This document shows, piece after piece, positions 26,365 to 35,891 of a stretch of 64,000 nucleotides of DNA. The stretch is taken from the IMG/VR virus record IMGVR_UViG_3300022699_000302, positions 64,001 to 128,000 of that record; one strand, written 5' to 3'. The notes under the pieces were generated by a model. The model made no database searches and was not told the DNA's origin. It saw nothing but the letters and a program-made list of their open reading frames with translations. Both the position numbers and the translations under genes were made by a program. This stretch comes from a virus. Numbering within the stretch: position 1 is the first letter of the stretch; every line of letters begins with the position of its first letter.

Positions 26365-26587
26365 TTTTCTCCTTTTGCTGAAGTAACGAGGAGGGGATCC
26401 TTGCGCGTTGGGAATGTAAGACGCATCTCCCTCCGTACTGCAGGTCGTTTCTGATTATTTGGACTTGAAGAGCGGGCTTTGTCTTGCTTTTCACGTCTTC
26501 TTCGATAAACCTGAGTTCTACCTCCAGCGACTCGAGAGCATCTCTGATCATTTCCTCAACTATCTGCTCTACATCCATAGGATCCAT
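26333..26587 (-). CDS. hypothetical protein
   Basis: 84 aa; first gene after the motif at 26601. Confidence 0.65.
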   Translation of the reverse strand: MDPMDVEQIVEEMIRDALESLEVELRFIEEDVKSKTKPALQVQIIRNDLQYGGRCVLHSQRARIPSSLLQQKEKNEELHHPRDR

Positions 26588-26600
26588 TTTGTCCTCCTTG

Positions 26601-26609
26601 TCTTAGGCC
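26601..26609 (-). promoter_or_regulatory. conserved phage promoter-like motif
   Basis: GGCCTAAGA upstream of the glnS operon. Confidence 0.65.
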
Positions 26610-26647
26610 GTGTTGAGACTAAAAGAAGGGGCCCTGGGGCCCCGTTC

Positions 26648-27136
26648 TTACTTCTTCAGACGGACGTGAATACGAGGCTGTCCGCCCCTGGTTACGACCC
26701 CGCCGCAGGCGCGGTATGCCCTCAGGGAGAGCTTGGAGGTAACACACGTCCCGAACTTGTTCATGATTGCCCGTCGACAGTCGGCGTGACTGTACGCGGG
26801 CTTCTCGCGCCGGAGTTTGGCGATGTGTTTCAGCTTCTTCATCGTCGCTTTCGATCGACCTTCCAGCCTCATCTCTTCGATAAAGCTAGCCCACCCCTCC
26901 TCATCGAAGGGCGGCTCATTGCCGGGCTCGAACAATTCCTTGGGTTCGTGCGACTTCTCTTCCTCGGGTTCGTGATCGATACCGGAAGACTCTGAGTCCA
27001 GATTCAGGCTGTCGAGAAGCGACCGTTTTTCGAGCTCGTCCCGCTCTTTGACCGCTTCCCGATATGCCTTGGCGGCACGCTGAAGATGTTCTCCGGCACG
27101 CCGCACCTTTTCATTTGCTTCGTTTAGCTTGCTCAA
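26648..27136 (-). CDS. hypothetical protein
   Basis: 162 aa, TTG start with AGGAGG. Confidence 0.7.
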   Translation of the reverse strand: MSKLNEANEKVRRAGEHLQRAAKAYREAVKERDELEKRSLLDSLNLDSESSGIDHEPEEEKSHEPKELFEPGNEPPFDEEGWASFIEEMRLEGRSKATMKKLKHIAKLRREKPAYSHADCRRAIMNKFGTCVTSKLSLRAYRACGGVVTRGGQPRIHVRLKK

Positions 27137-27170
27137 GCTAACCTCCTTTCGGTTTCAAAATCCTCTATAT

Positions 27171-27179
27171 TCTTAGGCC
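27171..27179 (-). promoter_or_regulatory. conserved phage promoter-like motif
   Basis: GGCCTAAGA-ATA-TAGA. Confidence 0.7.
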
Positions 27180-27249
27180 ACATCTGAGATAAAAAGAAAA
27201 GACCGCTGGATCAGCGGTCCTCTCTTCTCTGCTCTAGTAGCTGGTTATT

Positions 27250-28125
27250 CTACGGGTGGAAGACGTCTTCCTTCAACAACTCGTGCGCGTGCTCTTCGCG
27301 GAGCTTCTCGAGTTGGATGTAGTTATCGCACCCCAGCTTCTTCAGATATTTCAGCGTGACTTTCTGTTTGTCATGGGGTGACTGGGCTTTGTTGAGCTGC
27401 CGGCGGTAGCTCGCCTTGTTCCCTGCCCCCGTGAGACTTCGGTATACCAGAATCTGTTTTTCTGTCATGTCGTCCATACTGATTTCCTCGCCTTCCTCGT
27501 TTTCGTAAATATCGACAAACAAGCCGCCGGCAAAACCCAGAACCCACATCGGACAACTGTCCCGATATGTAACTTCATCAAAAAGAACAAGATCGGCAAA
27601 AACTTGCTCGATCCTGTCCCGGGTCCAATCCCTCGGCTTTTTGTCGGTGTTCCCTTTTCCCTCCAGGCACCACAACGATCCCGGCATAAGACGGACCGTC
27701 AGGGTCAACCAAACCACACAATCCTCGGCTAGAGACGGGTAGAGGACATTCTCTAGCCAGGTATGCAGCACGGGAGTGTATGCATTACATGTGTCGAGAT
27801 TGACAAAGTCAAAGCTCCGACCCCCTAGATCAGAAGGCCGAAGGGTCTCGAGTCGGTCGATGAAAAGTTCGTAGCTACCGGGGTAATTTCGGTAGTACTC
27901 ATCAATAGCTGTTGCGATCTCGATGTCGCGCTCGACCAACACGAAGTTGGTCTTGTCGTCGAAACAGCCGTTGATGAATCCTTGTTGGAGATCCAGCAGT
28001 TCTGCTCCCGGCAATAAGAGCACTTCCCTGAATGCCCCTGTGGGTGGAGCGGTATAGATACGATCTCGGACCAGGCCTTTTTGCGGTCGGTCCCTAGAGA
28101 ATGTATCTGGTATGATCTTTGGCAT
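27250..28125 (-). CDS. putative SAM-dependent methyltransferase-fold protein
   Basis: VLLLPG...FVLVERD...FDFVNLDTC Rossmann-like motifs. Confidence 0.55.
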   Translation of the reverse strand: MPKIIPDTFSRDRPQKGLVRDRIYTAPPTGAFREVLLLPGAELLDLQQGFINGCFDDKTNFVLVERDIEIATAIDEYYRNYPGSYELFIDRLETLRPSDLGGRSFDFVNLDTCNAYTPVLHTWLENVLYPSLAEDCVVWLTLTVRLMPGSLWCLEGKGNTDKKPRDWTRDRIEQVFADLVLFDEVTYRDSCPMWVLGFAGGLFVDIYENEEGEEISMDDMTEKQILVYRSLTGAGNKASYRRQLNKAQSPHDKQKVTLKYLKKLGCDNYIQLEKLREEHAHELLKEDVFHP

Positions 28126-28139
28126 ACGCTCCCCTTAGT

Positions 28140-28634
28140 TTATATGGTTTGAGCTGCGGCACAATTGGCTTTCTTGGTTACGTGCTTGTAGGAGTGGCCA
28201 TTGACGATCTTCACCGTCCGTTGGTAGCCCAAGCCGAAGAACCGAGAAATTTCGGTAACCAGCCAATCATGTTCCCACCGAAGATCTCGAAGACGTCGGA
28301 CACAGTCGTCCGGTAAGAGTAGGGAGCTATTCGCTATTGCGGGCTCCCAGTCTTCAGGAATCTCTTCGGTTTCCTGCATTTTCTTGACGCGTTCCCTCCT
28401 TTGCTTATTGGCCTTAAGGACGACGTCTTTGAGCCCTATGGGCGGGGGTTTCAGCCAGTGATCCGGGGTGTCTGCTTTCACCCACTTGAACATCTTGTTG
28501 TTGACGATCAAGCAGACATTGCTGCTGGGCATCCCTAGTTTTCGCGCGATCCAGGCTTGGCTCTTTCCCTCGGCATGCCACTTCCGGATCTTCTTTATTG
28601 TTCCTGCTGTGTTCTTTCGTTTGCCCACAGGCAC
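28140..28634 (-). CDS. double helix-turn-helix DNA-binding protein
   Basis: GKSQAWIARKLGMPSSNVCLIVNNK and a second HTH ending IVNGHSYKHV. Confidence 0.7.
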   Translation of the reverse strand: MPVGKRKNTAGTIKKIRKWHAEGKSQAWIARKLGMPSSNVCLIVNNKMFKWVKADTPDHWLKPPPIGLKDVVLKANKQRRERVKKMQETEEIPEDWEPAIANSSLLLPDDCVRRLRDLRWEHDWLVTEISRFFGLGYQRTVKIVNGHSYKHVTKKANCAAAQTI

Positions 28635-28645
28635 AGTTGTCCTCC

Positions 28646-29203
28646 CTATAGATGTTTGACGAGTTCCGCTCCTTTCTTCACAGCGTCCAGGAGCATACGA
28701 GTATCCGCGAGTGCGCGATGGGGGTTGTCTTGCGGGTCCCCAATTCCAGTCATGTCAAGGAAGAGGCTGGTGTCCCATCCGCAGTAGTGGAAGGGCCACT
28801 TTTTGCCAGCAATCCTGAACAGCTTCTTGGTGAGCTGATATTCGAATTGGATGTTGTCTGAGATTAAGATCCACTTCTTGTTGTGATCCGGATCGATATC
28901 CCTAAGTCGACTCATCAGCTCTCGAACCACAGCTAAGCCGTGACGAGATTTCCTGAAGTACTCAGAGGGGGTAATCTGGTGGAATTCAAAGGCTTTCTGG
29001 TACGGCTCTTTCCAGACCTCTTCACCGCTTTCAATTGTTTGGGTCAGGTCATGCCACAGGATCATGTCTTCGAATTCAAAAAGCTCATGGAGCCTGTTAT
29101 CGGTCGCGATCACTCCTATTTCGATCGGAAAATGATCCGCAGCAGGAACACCAGTGGTCTCGTAATCACAGAACACGAGAAGAACGTTGTCGGCGATGGG
29201 CAT
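28646..29203 (-). CDS. DEDDh 3'-5' exonuclease (DnaQ/oligoribonuclease-like)
   Basis: FCDYETTG, IEIG, HRALAD. Confidence 0.85.
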   Translation of the reverse strand: MPIADNVLLVFCDYETTGVPAADHFPIEIGVIATDNRLHELFEFEDMILWHDLTQTIESGEEVWKEPYQKAFEFHQITPSEYFRKSRHGLAVVRELMSRLRDIDPDHNKKWILISDNIQFEYQLTKKLFRIAGKKWPFHYCGWDTSLFLDMTGIGDPQDNPHRALADTRMLLDAVKKGAELVKHL

Positions 29204-29233
29204 GAATTCTCCAGTGCATACGAAGGTCTATGG

Positions 29234-29242
29234 TCTTAGGCC
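29234..29242 (-). promoter_or_regulatory. conserved phage promoter-like motif
   Basis: GGCCTAAGA-CCA-TAGA. Confidence 0.7.
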
Positions 29243-29250
29243 ACAGATCT

Positions 29251-29280
29251 AAAAGAAAAGGGGCCCGAAGGCCCCCTTTT
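29251..29280 (-). terminator. intrinsic terminator
   Basis: GC-rich hairpin around a TTCG loop (minus strand) plus U-tract. Confidence 0.7.
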
Positions 29281-29544
29281 TTACTTCGAAAGAGTCAGGC
29301 GTGCGTGAGGAAGATTCTGGAAGATCTCATTGCGGAGGTCTTCCACCCCTGACAGGGCCGAAGCTAACTTTCGCGCCCGATCGACGGAGTCGTCGGGCTC
29401 ACGGCCGGCAATAGCGCCAGCCTCCTCTTCGACATCGAGTAGGTCGTTGATCGCTCCTACCGCTTTTTGTTCGAGTTTACGGAGTGCGTCCTCCGTGATA
29501 TGCGGTGAGGGAAGGTCTTTCACCCCTGTTGATCCTTCAGTCAT
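29281..29544 (-). CDS. hypothetical protein
   Basis: 87 aa, GGAGG RBS. Confidence 0.7.
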   Translation of the reverse strand: MTEGSTGVKDLPSPHITEDALRKLEQKAVGAINDLLDVEEEAGAIAGREPDDSVDRARKLASALSGVEDLRNEIFQNLPHARLTLSK

Positions 29545-29553
29545 ACCACCTCC

Positions 29554-30051
29554 TTACTTGGTTGCATCGGACGAAACCAAGACTGAGTAGTGATCCCAGT
29601 CGATCTTCTTTAGGGGATCGCCGTAATGCCGATGCATGAAATCATCAGCGATCTCCAGTTTCTGACGGGCTGTAGCACTGACCAACCACCAACCAAAAGT
29701 CAGGGTCTTGGGACACTGGTTGGCCATGGTGTTGAGGAACAGGTCGTAGTCGCCTTTCATGTAGAGGAACTCTGAAACACACGACCAGAGCTGGTCATCA
29801 CCTTCATCCCAGTTCCACCGAGGATCTTTTCCTCCCCAGGCGTTGGGTAGTGGGACTAGGCGTCCTTTTCGGTAAAACCGTCCTTGATCCTTTTCCAGAT
29901 CGTGTCGAGCTACTTCTAGCCAGGTATCCAGGTCCCGGCATTTGTACCCGATTTCTGTCCCTCCACATCTGATTCCCCAGGTTGCGAGGCCTAAATGGAG
30001 TGCGAGACGTGTGTCTACGTCGAACTCGGCGTAGACGGGGATGTCTGACAT
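29554..30051 (-). CDS. hypothetical protein
   Basis: start MSDIPV after AGGAG. Confidence 0.65.
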   Translation of the reverse strand: MSDIPVYAEFDVDTRLALHLGLATWGIRCGGTEIGYKCRDLDTWLEVARHDLEKDQGRFYRKGRLVPLPNAWGGKDPRWNWDEGDDQLWSCVSEFLYMKGDYDLFLNTMANQCPKTLTFGWWLVSATARQKLEIADDFMHRHYGDPLKKIDWDHYSVLVSSDATK

Positions 30052-30398
30052 GTAAGCTCCTGTTGAGATTGATTCCATAGCTTTTCCAGGTGTTCCTGCA
30101 TCTCTCGATACTCGTAAGTCCCGGGAGGATACCACGAGTCCATGTAGTCAAGGAACTTCTTCAGGAATTTTTCTGCTCGGTACCATGCAGACGCGATTGC
30201 GTACTGCTGGTCGGTCCATCGCCCCTTTCCAAAAATTTTGATGCCAACTGAATAAAGATGAGCCAAGGTGTTTTCTGCGTGAGCCGCTCTCACGATCAAT
30301 GGCCCAGCGGATTTCCGGGGATCAGGGTCTAGCCCCTCGTCCATGATCGTACGAAGAGCGCCGATGTCCCGGAGAGCTGCTCGAATGCGTTCTTCCAT
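30015..30398 (-). CDS. hypothetical protein
   Basis: 127 aa; first gene after the motif at 30429. Confidence 0.65.
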   Translation of the reverse strand: MEERIRAALRDIGALRTIMDEGLDPDPRKSAGPLIVRAAHAENTLAHLYSVGIKIFGKGRWTDQQYAIASAWYRAEKFLKKFLDYMDSWYPPGTYEYREMQEHLEKLWNQSQQELTCQTSPSTPSST

Positions 30399-30428
30399 AG
30401 GAACACCCTCAAAAAGTTCTCACTACAT

Positions 30429-30437
30429 TCTTAGGCC
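30429..30437 (-). promoter_or_regulatory. conserved phage promoter-like motif
   Basis: GGCCTAAGA-ATG-TAGT. Confidence 0.65.
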
Positions 30438-30469
30438 ACGAGAATGTACTCTTTACGGACGAGTTCATC

Positions 30470-31177
30470 ATGGCAAAGAAAAAGAAATGGCCGCCCAACG
30501 AAGAGGCGTTGTGCTCGGTTCTGATCGATTGGCTGGAAGAAGAAGGATGGGACGTCTACCAGGAGGTAAGTTTTCACTCCTGGGTAGCAGACATTGTTGC
30601 GGTTCGACGAAAGATTATTTGGGTCATTGAAGCCAAGACCGGGTATAACATGACCGTCATGGAGCAGGCCCACAGGTGGCTGAGTTACGCACATCTGGTC
30701 TCAGTCGCTACTCCCGATATCAAGAAGCGTAAAGGCCACTTCATGGCTGATTCGATCCTGCGATACTACGGTATCGGCCGGCTTGTCGTTCCCGCCCCTA
30801 TCAACTTTCGAGGCCGGAATGAGATCGTAGTCCGGCAGGGAATCTACCCGAAGTACAATCGAAAGAGAGGGATGTTGAAAAAGTCAGCTCAGCGTCTTCT
30901 CGATACCCTCAGGCCTGAACATAAGACCTGGGCGAAAGCAGGGAGCCAGCACGGCAAGCGGGTTACAGCTTTTGGCCTGACCCGCGATAAGGTCCAGAAG
31001 ATCGTGAAAGAAAATCCGGGAATCACTCTTCACGACTTGATCAATAAAATAGATCATCACTATTCCTCAGATTCTGGAGCACGTCGTTACATCGCGTTAT
31101 ACGTCACCACTGGCGTAATCGGCGGCGTTCGCATCGATCGTGAGGGGAGGCGGTTGCGTTTCTACCCGGAGGGCTAG
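30470..31177 (+). CDS. PD-(D/E)xK nuclease-like protein with C-terminal HTH
   Basis: VYQEV...ADIVAV...WVIEAK. Confidence 0.65.
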   Translation: MAKKKKWPPNEEALCSVLIDWLEEEGWDVYQEVSFHSWVADIVAVRRKIIWVIEAKTGYNMTVMEQAHRWLSYAHLVSVATPDIKKRKGHFMADSILRYYGIGRLVVPAPINFRGRNEIVVRQGIYPKYNRKRGMLKKSAQRLLDTLRPEHKTWAKAGSQHGKRVTAFGLTRDKVQKIVKENPGITLHDLINKIDHHYSSDSGARRYIALYVTTGVIGGVRIDREGRRLRFYPEG

Positions 31178-31179
31178 CA

Positions 31180-31458
31180 ATGGCAAAACTGACGGCTGTG
31201 TGGAAGAGGTCTTGGAAGGCGATCGATAAGATCTGCCGGCGCAATAGAGATCACCTAAAAACTGAACTTGAGCTCGACGAGAAGGATCGCGAGGTCCTAT
31301 CGGAAGCCTTAATGGCAGCGGCGTATTGCATGATCAATGCGCCGAATAATCACATTTCTGTAGGATATGAACACGAACGAAATACGGCTCCTGCTGTGGT
31401 GTTGAGGATCAACGTTGACGGTGTTGGGGTCATCGGTATTGGGAGGAAGTCGGTATGA
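31180..31458 (+). CDS. hypothetical protein
   Basis: 92 aa ORF in operon. Confidence 0.65.
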   Translation: MAKLTAVWKRSWKAIDKICRRNRDHLKTELELDEKDREVLSEALMAAAYCMINAPNNHISVGYEHERNTAPAVVLRINVDGVGVIGIGRKSV

Positions 31459-31871
31459 TCGATCATGAATTCAAGCAGTTGACTAAAAAGATCACGAAGT
31501 ACCCGAACCGGAAGGTCATGTTCGCTGACGAGCAGAAGATGCTTCTGACCGTGATGGAGTGGCTGTTCCGTAAGCGGCATTCCCCGGCAGACGAGTACGA
31601 GGATGCTCTTTTCAAAAAGGCTATGGAAGCGACGTCTAACGTGGCGAATTTCATGGCATTGAATAATCGCTGGTTCGAGGACCAAATGAACGTGTTCGTC
31701 CAGACCGGGAACATCCCCGCGCATAAGTGGGACGCGATTCAGGATCGGGCGGCGGAGAAAGAAGACTACAGCGATGTACCGTCTATCGCGAAGGATATGG
31801 GGATCTGGGACGCTAGTGGCGAGGCCAACACGAATACTATCTCTGGACAGATGGACGGACACAATGCCTAA
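31455..31871 (+). CDS. hypothetical protein
   Basis: 138 aa ORF in operon. Confidence 0.65.
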   Translation: MIDHEFKQLTKKITKYPNRKVMFADEQKMLLTVMEWLFRKRHSPADEYEDALFKKAMEATSNVANFMALNNRWFEDQMNVFVQTGNIPAHKWDAIQDRAAEKEDYSDVPSIAKDMGIWDASGEANTNTISGQMDGHNA

Positions 31872-32256
31872 AAAACGACCCATGCTAGTTGCTGTAGACT
31901 TCGACGGGACGATCGTTAAACATGCCTTTCCCGAGATTGGTGAGCCTCTCCCCGATGCTTTTAGGGTTCTGAAGAGGATTAACCGTGCTGGTCACCACAT
32001 CATTCTCTGGACCTGCAGAGAAGACGATTCCGGGAAGGAACGGAAGCATTATCTCGAGAAGGCGGTAGAGTTCCTTAAGGAAAACGGTGTCGGTCTTCGT
32101 AGTGTCAACGAGAATCTGCAGGAAGACGATTTTCGTGAGCCGCCGGCGAAGTCTCGTAAAGTGTTCGCCAATGTCTACATCGACGATCGTAACTTCGGCG
32201 GATTCCCTGGCTGGAAAGAAGTCGAGAAATGGATGGAAAAGGAGGGATGGCTGTAA
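31864..32256 (+). CDS. HAD-superfamily phosphatase
   Basis: VAVDFDGTIV, LWTCR, YIDDRN; start MPKKRP. Confidence 0.85.
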   Translation: MPKKRPMLVAVDFDGTIVKHAFPEIGEPLPDAFRVLKRINRAGHHIILWTCREDDSGKERKHYLEKAVEFLKENGVGLRSVNENLQEDDFREPPAKSRKVFANVYIDDRNFGGFPGWKEVEKWMEKEGWL

Positions 32257-32438
32257 TGTACTTTCATACGTACATCCACAACATCGAAGACTACAATGTT
32301 GATCTTGACGACGCAGTGAAAGCATATGTCCGGAATCGTTGTCCCGATACTGTTCGTGGAGTCCAGGAAGCATTGAGCAACCTGAAAACGGCTATCGCCG
32401 GACTCGAAGAATGGCTGGAGGAGCATCAGAGCGAATGA
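32256..32438 (+). CDS. hypothetical protein
   Basis: start MYFHTY overlapping the previous stop. Confidence 0.55.
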   Translation: MYFHTYIHNIEDYNVDLDDAVKAYVRNRCPDTVRGVQEALSNLKTAIAGLEEWLEEHQSE

Positions 32439-32445
32439 GGTAGTA

Positions 32446-32820
32446 ATGACAGAACGTTGGTCTCGCGACAAACTGATCTGGATTCTGCGCACGATTCACT
32501 GTATCAATCAAGGGCATTACGAGGACCTGAACGACCGGCAGCGAAAAACTGTAGATCTTGATGTTCATAAGTTGATCGAGCAGTACGACATCATCCGTAA
32601 AGACTATGAAGTGGCCTGCGCACTCATCATCGGCGCTTACCGAGTCAACCAGGTTATTGCTGATGCCTTGGAACAACTAGTTGATGCCAAGGATCACAAA
32701 GATACGTTCGGGAAGACACCGGTATACGAAGAGAAGCGTGTTGCGGCCTGGAAAGCGGCCCGGCACGCTCTTCGTGTTCAGCGAGGGGAGATAATGGTTG
32801 ATGGAGAAGAAATCGGATAA
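32446..32820 (+). CDS. hypothetical protein
   Basis: 124 aa, GAGG RBS. Confidence 0.65.
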   Translation: MTERWSRDKLIWILRTIHCINQGHYEDLNDRQRKTVDLDVHKLIEQYDIIRKDYEVACALIIGAYRVNQVIADALEQLVDAKDHKDTFGKTPVYEEKRVAAWKAARHALRVQRGEIMVDGEEIG

Positions 32821-32965
32821 TTTTGGTTCGGAACGATGCCCGTATTGTGGTCACAATACTCGGTTGATATGGGTGCACGGGCATGCTCAGTGCTCTATAT
32901 GTGGGGTAAACACTCATCCGTGCTGTAGTGGAGAGACTGTTAGATGCCTACTAGATATGCCGTAA
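32801..32965 (+). CDS. small zinc-ribbon protein (not in ORF track)
   Basis: 54 aa: RCPYCG...HAQCSICG...PCCSG. Confidence 0.6.
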   Translation: MEKKSDNFGSERCPYCGHNTRLIWVHGHAQCSICGVNTHPCCSGETVRCLLDMP

Positions 32966-32985
32966 AGATCTTCTGCGACTCTCTT

Positions 32986-33019
32986 GAAACCCGCTTAGTC
33001 AGCGGGTTTCTTCTTTTTT
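32986..33019 (+). terminator. intrinsic terminator
   Basis: GAAACCCGCT/AGCGGGTTTC plus T-tract. Confidence 0.75.
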
Positions 33020-33081
33020 AGCTCTATTCTGTTCTTGGGCCGGACGACTGGCTGGCCTGATTTGTTTACAGGAGCCTCGCT

Positions 33082-33354
33082 ATGCTTCTACCTGAAGCCA
33101 CAGTCGAACAAATTGCTGATGAGCTGGATCGTCGATCCACTATCTCTTTTGTCCTTGCGTACAGGGACCTGGAGACCGGTGTTATTCGCATGCGAGCTCA
33201 TGGCGACTCCGGCGAATCATTAGTCCTTACTGGCGAACTCCTAGAGTTCATTGAGGAGAACGTGAATGGCGAACTCGAAGACCAAAAAGAACGATTCCGG
33301 GAAATCAAGGAAAAGTACGAGGAAGAAGGCGAGGAAGAAGAGCCAGAAGACTAA
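33082..33354 (+). CDS. acidic hypothetical protein
   Basis: 90 aa, AGGAG RBS. Confidence 0.65.
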   Translation: MLLPEATVEQIADELDRRSTISFVLAYRDLETGVIRMRAHGDSGESLVLTGELLEFIEENVNGELEDQKERFREIKEKYEEEGEEEEPED

Positions 33355-33622
33355 GTCAAAGATCGATCTACGTGAGTGGGGAAAGAAAGCAACCAAGGAT
33401 AAGAAGGGTCGCCGGCGTCAGAGCGAGACGTTGAACTACCCCGAAGTCTGTGCCGCCATCGAAGAGGTATTGACGATGATGTCGCACGGTGAGATCTCGA
33501 TTGCAGCTAATCAGCTACACGAGATGTTGGTTGAAGAGTACGACTACCCCCTCACTGAAGCGGCGATGATGAACTACATCTACGCCCATCACAAGGAGCT
33601 GTGGGACCGACGCAATGGCTAA
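33266..33622 (+). CDS. hypothetical HTH-like protein
   Basis: 118 aa preceding the phosphoesterase; start uncertain. Confidence 0.55.
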   Translation: MANSKTKKNDSGKSRKSTRKKARKKSQKTKSKIDLREWGKKATKDKKGRRRQSETLNYPEVCAAIEEVLTMMSHGEISIAANQLHEMLVEEYDYPLTEAAMMNYIYAHHKELWDRRNG

Positions 33623-34781
33623 AAAGAAGAGGCAATCTAAAGGATTATCCAAGGCTGAGCTAGAGAGACTCGAGAAGGCAAAAGCAAAGGCACGAGAGAA
33701 GGCGAAAGAAAAAGACGCAGAGGCCCATGAAGCCCGCGAGGAGCTCAGACTCCGACGAGCCCATCGCAAGCAGCAGAACCAACTCAACGAGCATCGTAAA
33801 CGAGAGCGTAAGCATCTCGATGAGATTGAAAGACTGGAGTCGCTGCTTCAGGTGGCCTTGGATATGAGAGATGACGCCGAAGAATGGCGTCCGATCAAGA
33901 TAAAGACTAAAGAGAAAGGGACGGCACGAGAAGGAACAGCCGTTGTCTTGTTTAGCGATATCCACCCTGAAGAGATCGTGAAACCAGAGACGGTAGCAGG
34001 GCTCAATGAATTCAATCCAGATATCGCCGAAGAAAGGATCCACAGCCTTATAGAGGGCATCCGATGGAATCTCGAGACGGTTCGTCATAACAAGGGAAAA
34101 GCAGGCTACCGTGTTCGCGACTTGATGTTGTGTCTGCTGGGCGATCTAATCTCGAATACTATTCATGCCGACCTCAGTGAGTCCAATGCTTTAGGGCCGG
34201 CTGATGCAGTGAACTTCGTATTCGACCTTATCCAAACAGTGATCGACGCGCTGCTTGAAGACCCATACCTTGAGAACATCATTATCCCGTGTGTCATGGG
34301 CAATCACGATCGGATGACCAAGCGCAACCGACATCAGACCAAAGCCCAGACATCTCTTGCCACAATTATCTATGCTAATCTTCGCCGGCTCTATCGGGAC
34401 GAAGACCGGGTGACCTTTGACATTGCTCGGGGAAATCTTCTTTATGTCGACGTCTACGGCAAGATGATCCGAAACACTCACGGAGACGATATCCGGTATA
34501 ATGGTGGTGTGGGCGGCCTTACTATCCCGATGCGTAAAGCGCTTGATAGCTGGGATCGCTCGGTGTCAGCAGCAATCACAAACTGCGGTCACTGGCACCA
34601 GGTAATGGATGGAAAGGACTTCTGTGTCAACGGAAGCATCATTGGATACGGCCCTTTTGCTCAAGCGATTAAGGCACGATTTGAACCTGCTGCTCAGGTG
34701 TTCTATCTTATCGACCCTGATCGAGGTAAGAGATTCTTTACACCGATCCAAGTGCAGGACTGTCCGGGACACTGGAGTTAG
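33615..34781 (+). CDS. calcineurin-like metallophosphoesterase
   Basis: FSDIH, LGDLI, GNHDR, THGD, GHWH motifs. Confidence 0.85.
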   Translation: MAKKKRQSKGLSKAELERLEKAKAKAREKAKEKDAEAHEAREELRLRRAHRKQQNQLNEHRKRERKHLDEIERLESLLQVALDMRDDAEEWRPIKIKTKEKGTAREGTAVVLFSDIHPEEIVKPETVAGLNEFNPDIAEERIHSLIEGIRWNLETVRHNKGKAGYRVRDLMLCLLGDLISNTIHADLSESNALGPADAVNFVFDLIQTVIDALLEDPYLENIIIPCVMGNHDRMTKRNRHQTKAQTSLATIIYANLRRLYRDEDRVTFDIARGNLLYVDVYGKMIRNTHGDDIRYNGGVGGLTIPMRKALDSWDRSVSAAITNCGHWHQVMDGKDFCVNGSIIGYGPFAQAIKARFEPAAQVFYLIDPDRGKRFFTPIQVQDCPGHWS

Positions 34782-34798
34782 TCAGCTCTAGGAACGGA

Positions 34799-35056
34799 AT
34801 GTACTACTTGGTCACCGTCTACATGTATGACAACGATAACGAGACCTGGGGGGCTGGTAGTCGTGTTGAGGAGGCAGCTAGTGCTGAAGCCGCAAAAGCA
34901 ATCGTATCGGCATCTTTTCGAGATGCAGCTGACTCGCTAGACATTGACATAACGTCGGTTACGGCGAGAAAGCTGACAGAAGCGGAGACTGAGACTTATA
35001 TCAGGAAGTATAAGCCGCCCCCGGAAGACGACAGCGATTGGAATTTTTTCGACTAA
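34799..35056 (+). CDS. hypothetical protein
   Basis: 85 aa ORF. Confidence 0.6.
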   Translation: MYYLVTVYMYDNDNETWGAGSRVEEAASAEAAKAIVSASFRDAADSLDIDITSVTARKLTEAETETYIRKYKPPPEDDSDWNFFD

Positions 35057-35088
35057 AAAAGAAGGACCCATCGGGGTCCTTCTCTCTT
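35055..35088. terminator. bidirectional terminator at convergent junction
   Basis: AGAAGGACCC/GGGTCCTTCT hairpin with A- and T-rich flanks. Confidence 0.7.
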
Positions 35089-35360
35089 TACTTCTCTTTG
35101 AAGTCAGTGGCATCGAAGCTGAAGGACGTTGTTTCTACCTCGTCCCCCTCTGCAACCACCTCAGCCTCGTCGACGCTGTCGAGCGAGTCATCGTAGAGAT
35201 AGGGTAAGTCGGGCAACCCTCCTATCTCAAACTCCTTCTCGATGAACTGAGCAGCTTGTTCAGCGTTGTAAGCCTTCACCGGGATACGGAAACATACCCG
35301 GAAATCTGCCCAGACTTCAAAGATCTTCTCTTCTTGACGGGTCCCATTTTCCTGTCCCAT
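35088..35360 (-). CDS. hypothetical protein
   Basis: start MGQENG. Confidence 0.6.
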   Translation of the reverse strand: MGQENGTRQEEKIFEVWADFRVCFRIPVKAYNAEQAAQFIEKEFEIGGLPDLPYLYDDSLDSVDEAEVVAEGDEVETTSFSFDATDFKEK

Positions 35361-35652
35361 CTCGTCTCCCTGGCAACTGGGAGTTGTACGGAGCGTACGG
35401 GTAAGGCGTATGGTCGTCATCTTTGAGATTATCGCACTGACGGAATCCCAGAAAGTCAAAGACTCCCTGGATCGCGTGAGACAATATCATTGCGACGATG
35501 TAGATTGGAATGAAGGGGAATAGCACAGACAGGATCATGAGATCACTGGTTGAGTCCTCGTCTCCCCGTAGAAAGATAAGGAGTATGAGCGTAATCAAAA
35601 TCCCTGTGCTGTACCCCAACACGAGTTCAGGAGTGAGTAAGAGATCTGGCAT
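35317..35652 (-). CDS. membrane protein (2 TM)
   Basis: two hydrophobic segments. Confidence 0.65.
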   Translation of the reverse strand: MPDLLLTPELVLGYSTGILITLILLIFLRGDEDSTSDLMILSVLFPFIPIYIVAMILSHAIQGVFDFLGFRQCDNLKDDDHTPYPYAPYNSQLPGRRDGTGKWDPSRREDL

Positions 35653-35882
35653 TAGTCCACCTCGATGCCGTTCTCTATCAGTTTAGCTTTACGCGCCTCT
35701 CTTTCGGCCTCGAGTTCCTCAACCAAGTCCGACCAGTCTTGTTCTCGCTCTAAACTTTTATTCAGCATATCCAAGACTGTGTTGGCCCGACGGTTCCACC
35801 AGAAAGTGGCAATGCCGGCACCGATCAGGAGAGCGGTCATGTACGAGCTGATAACGAGCAGAGCTACAATCGGGTCACTCAT
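35652..35882 (-). CDS. single-TM protein
   Basis: N-terminal hydrophobic helix plus coiled coil. Confidence 0.65.
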   Translation of the reverse strand: MSDPIVALLVISSYMTALLIGAGIATFWWNRRANTVLDMLNKSLEREQDWSDLVEELEAEREARKAKLIENGIEVD

Positions 35883-35891
35883 GATTTATCC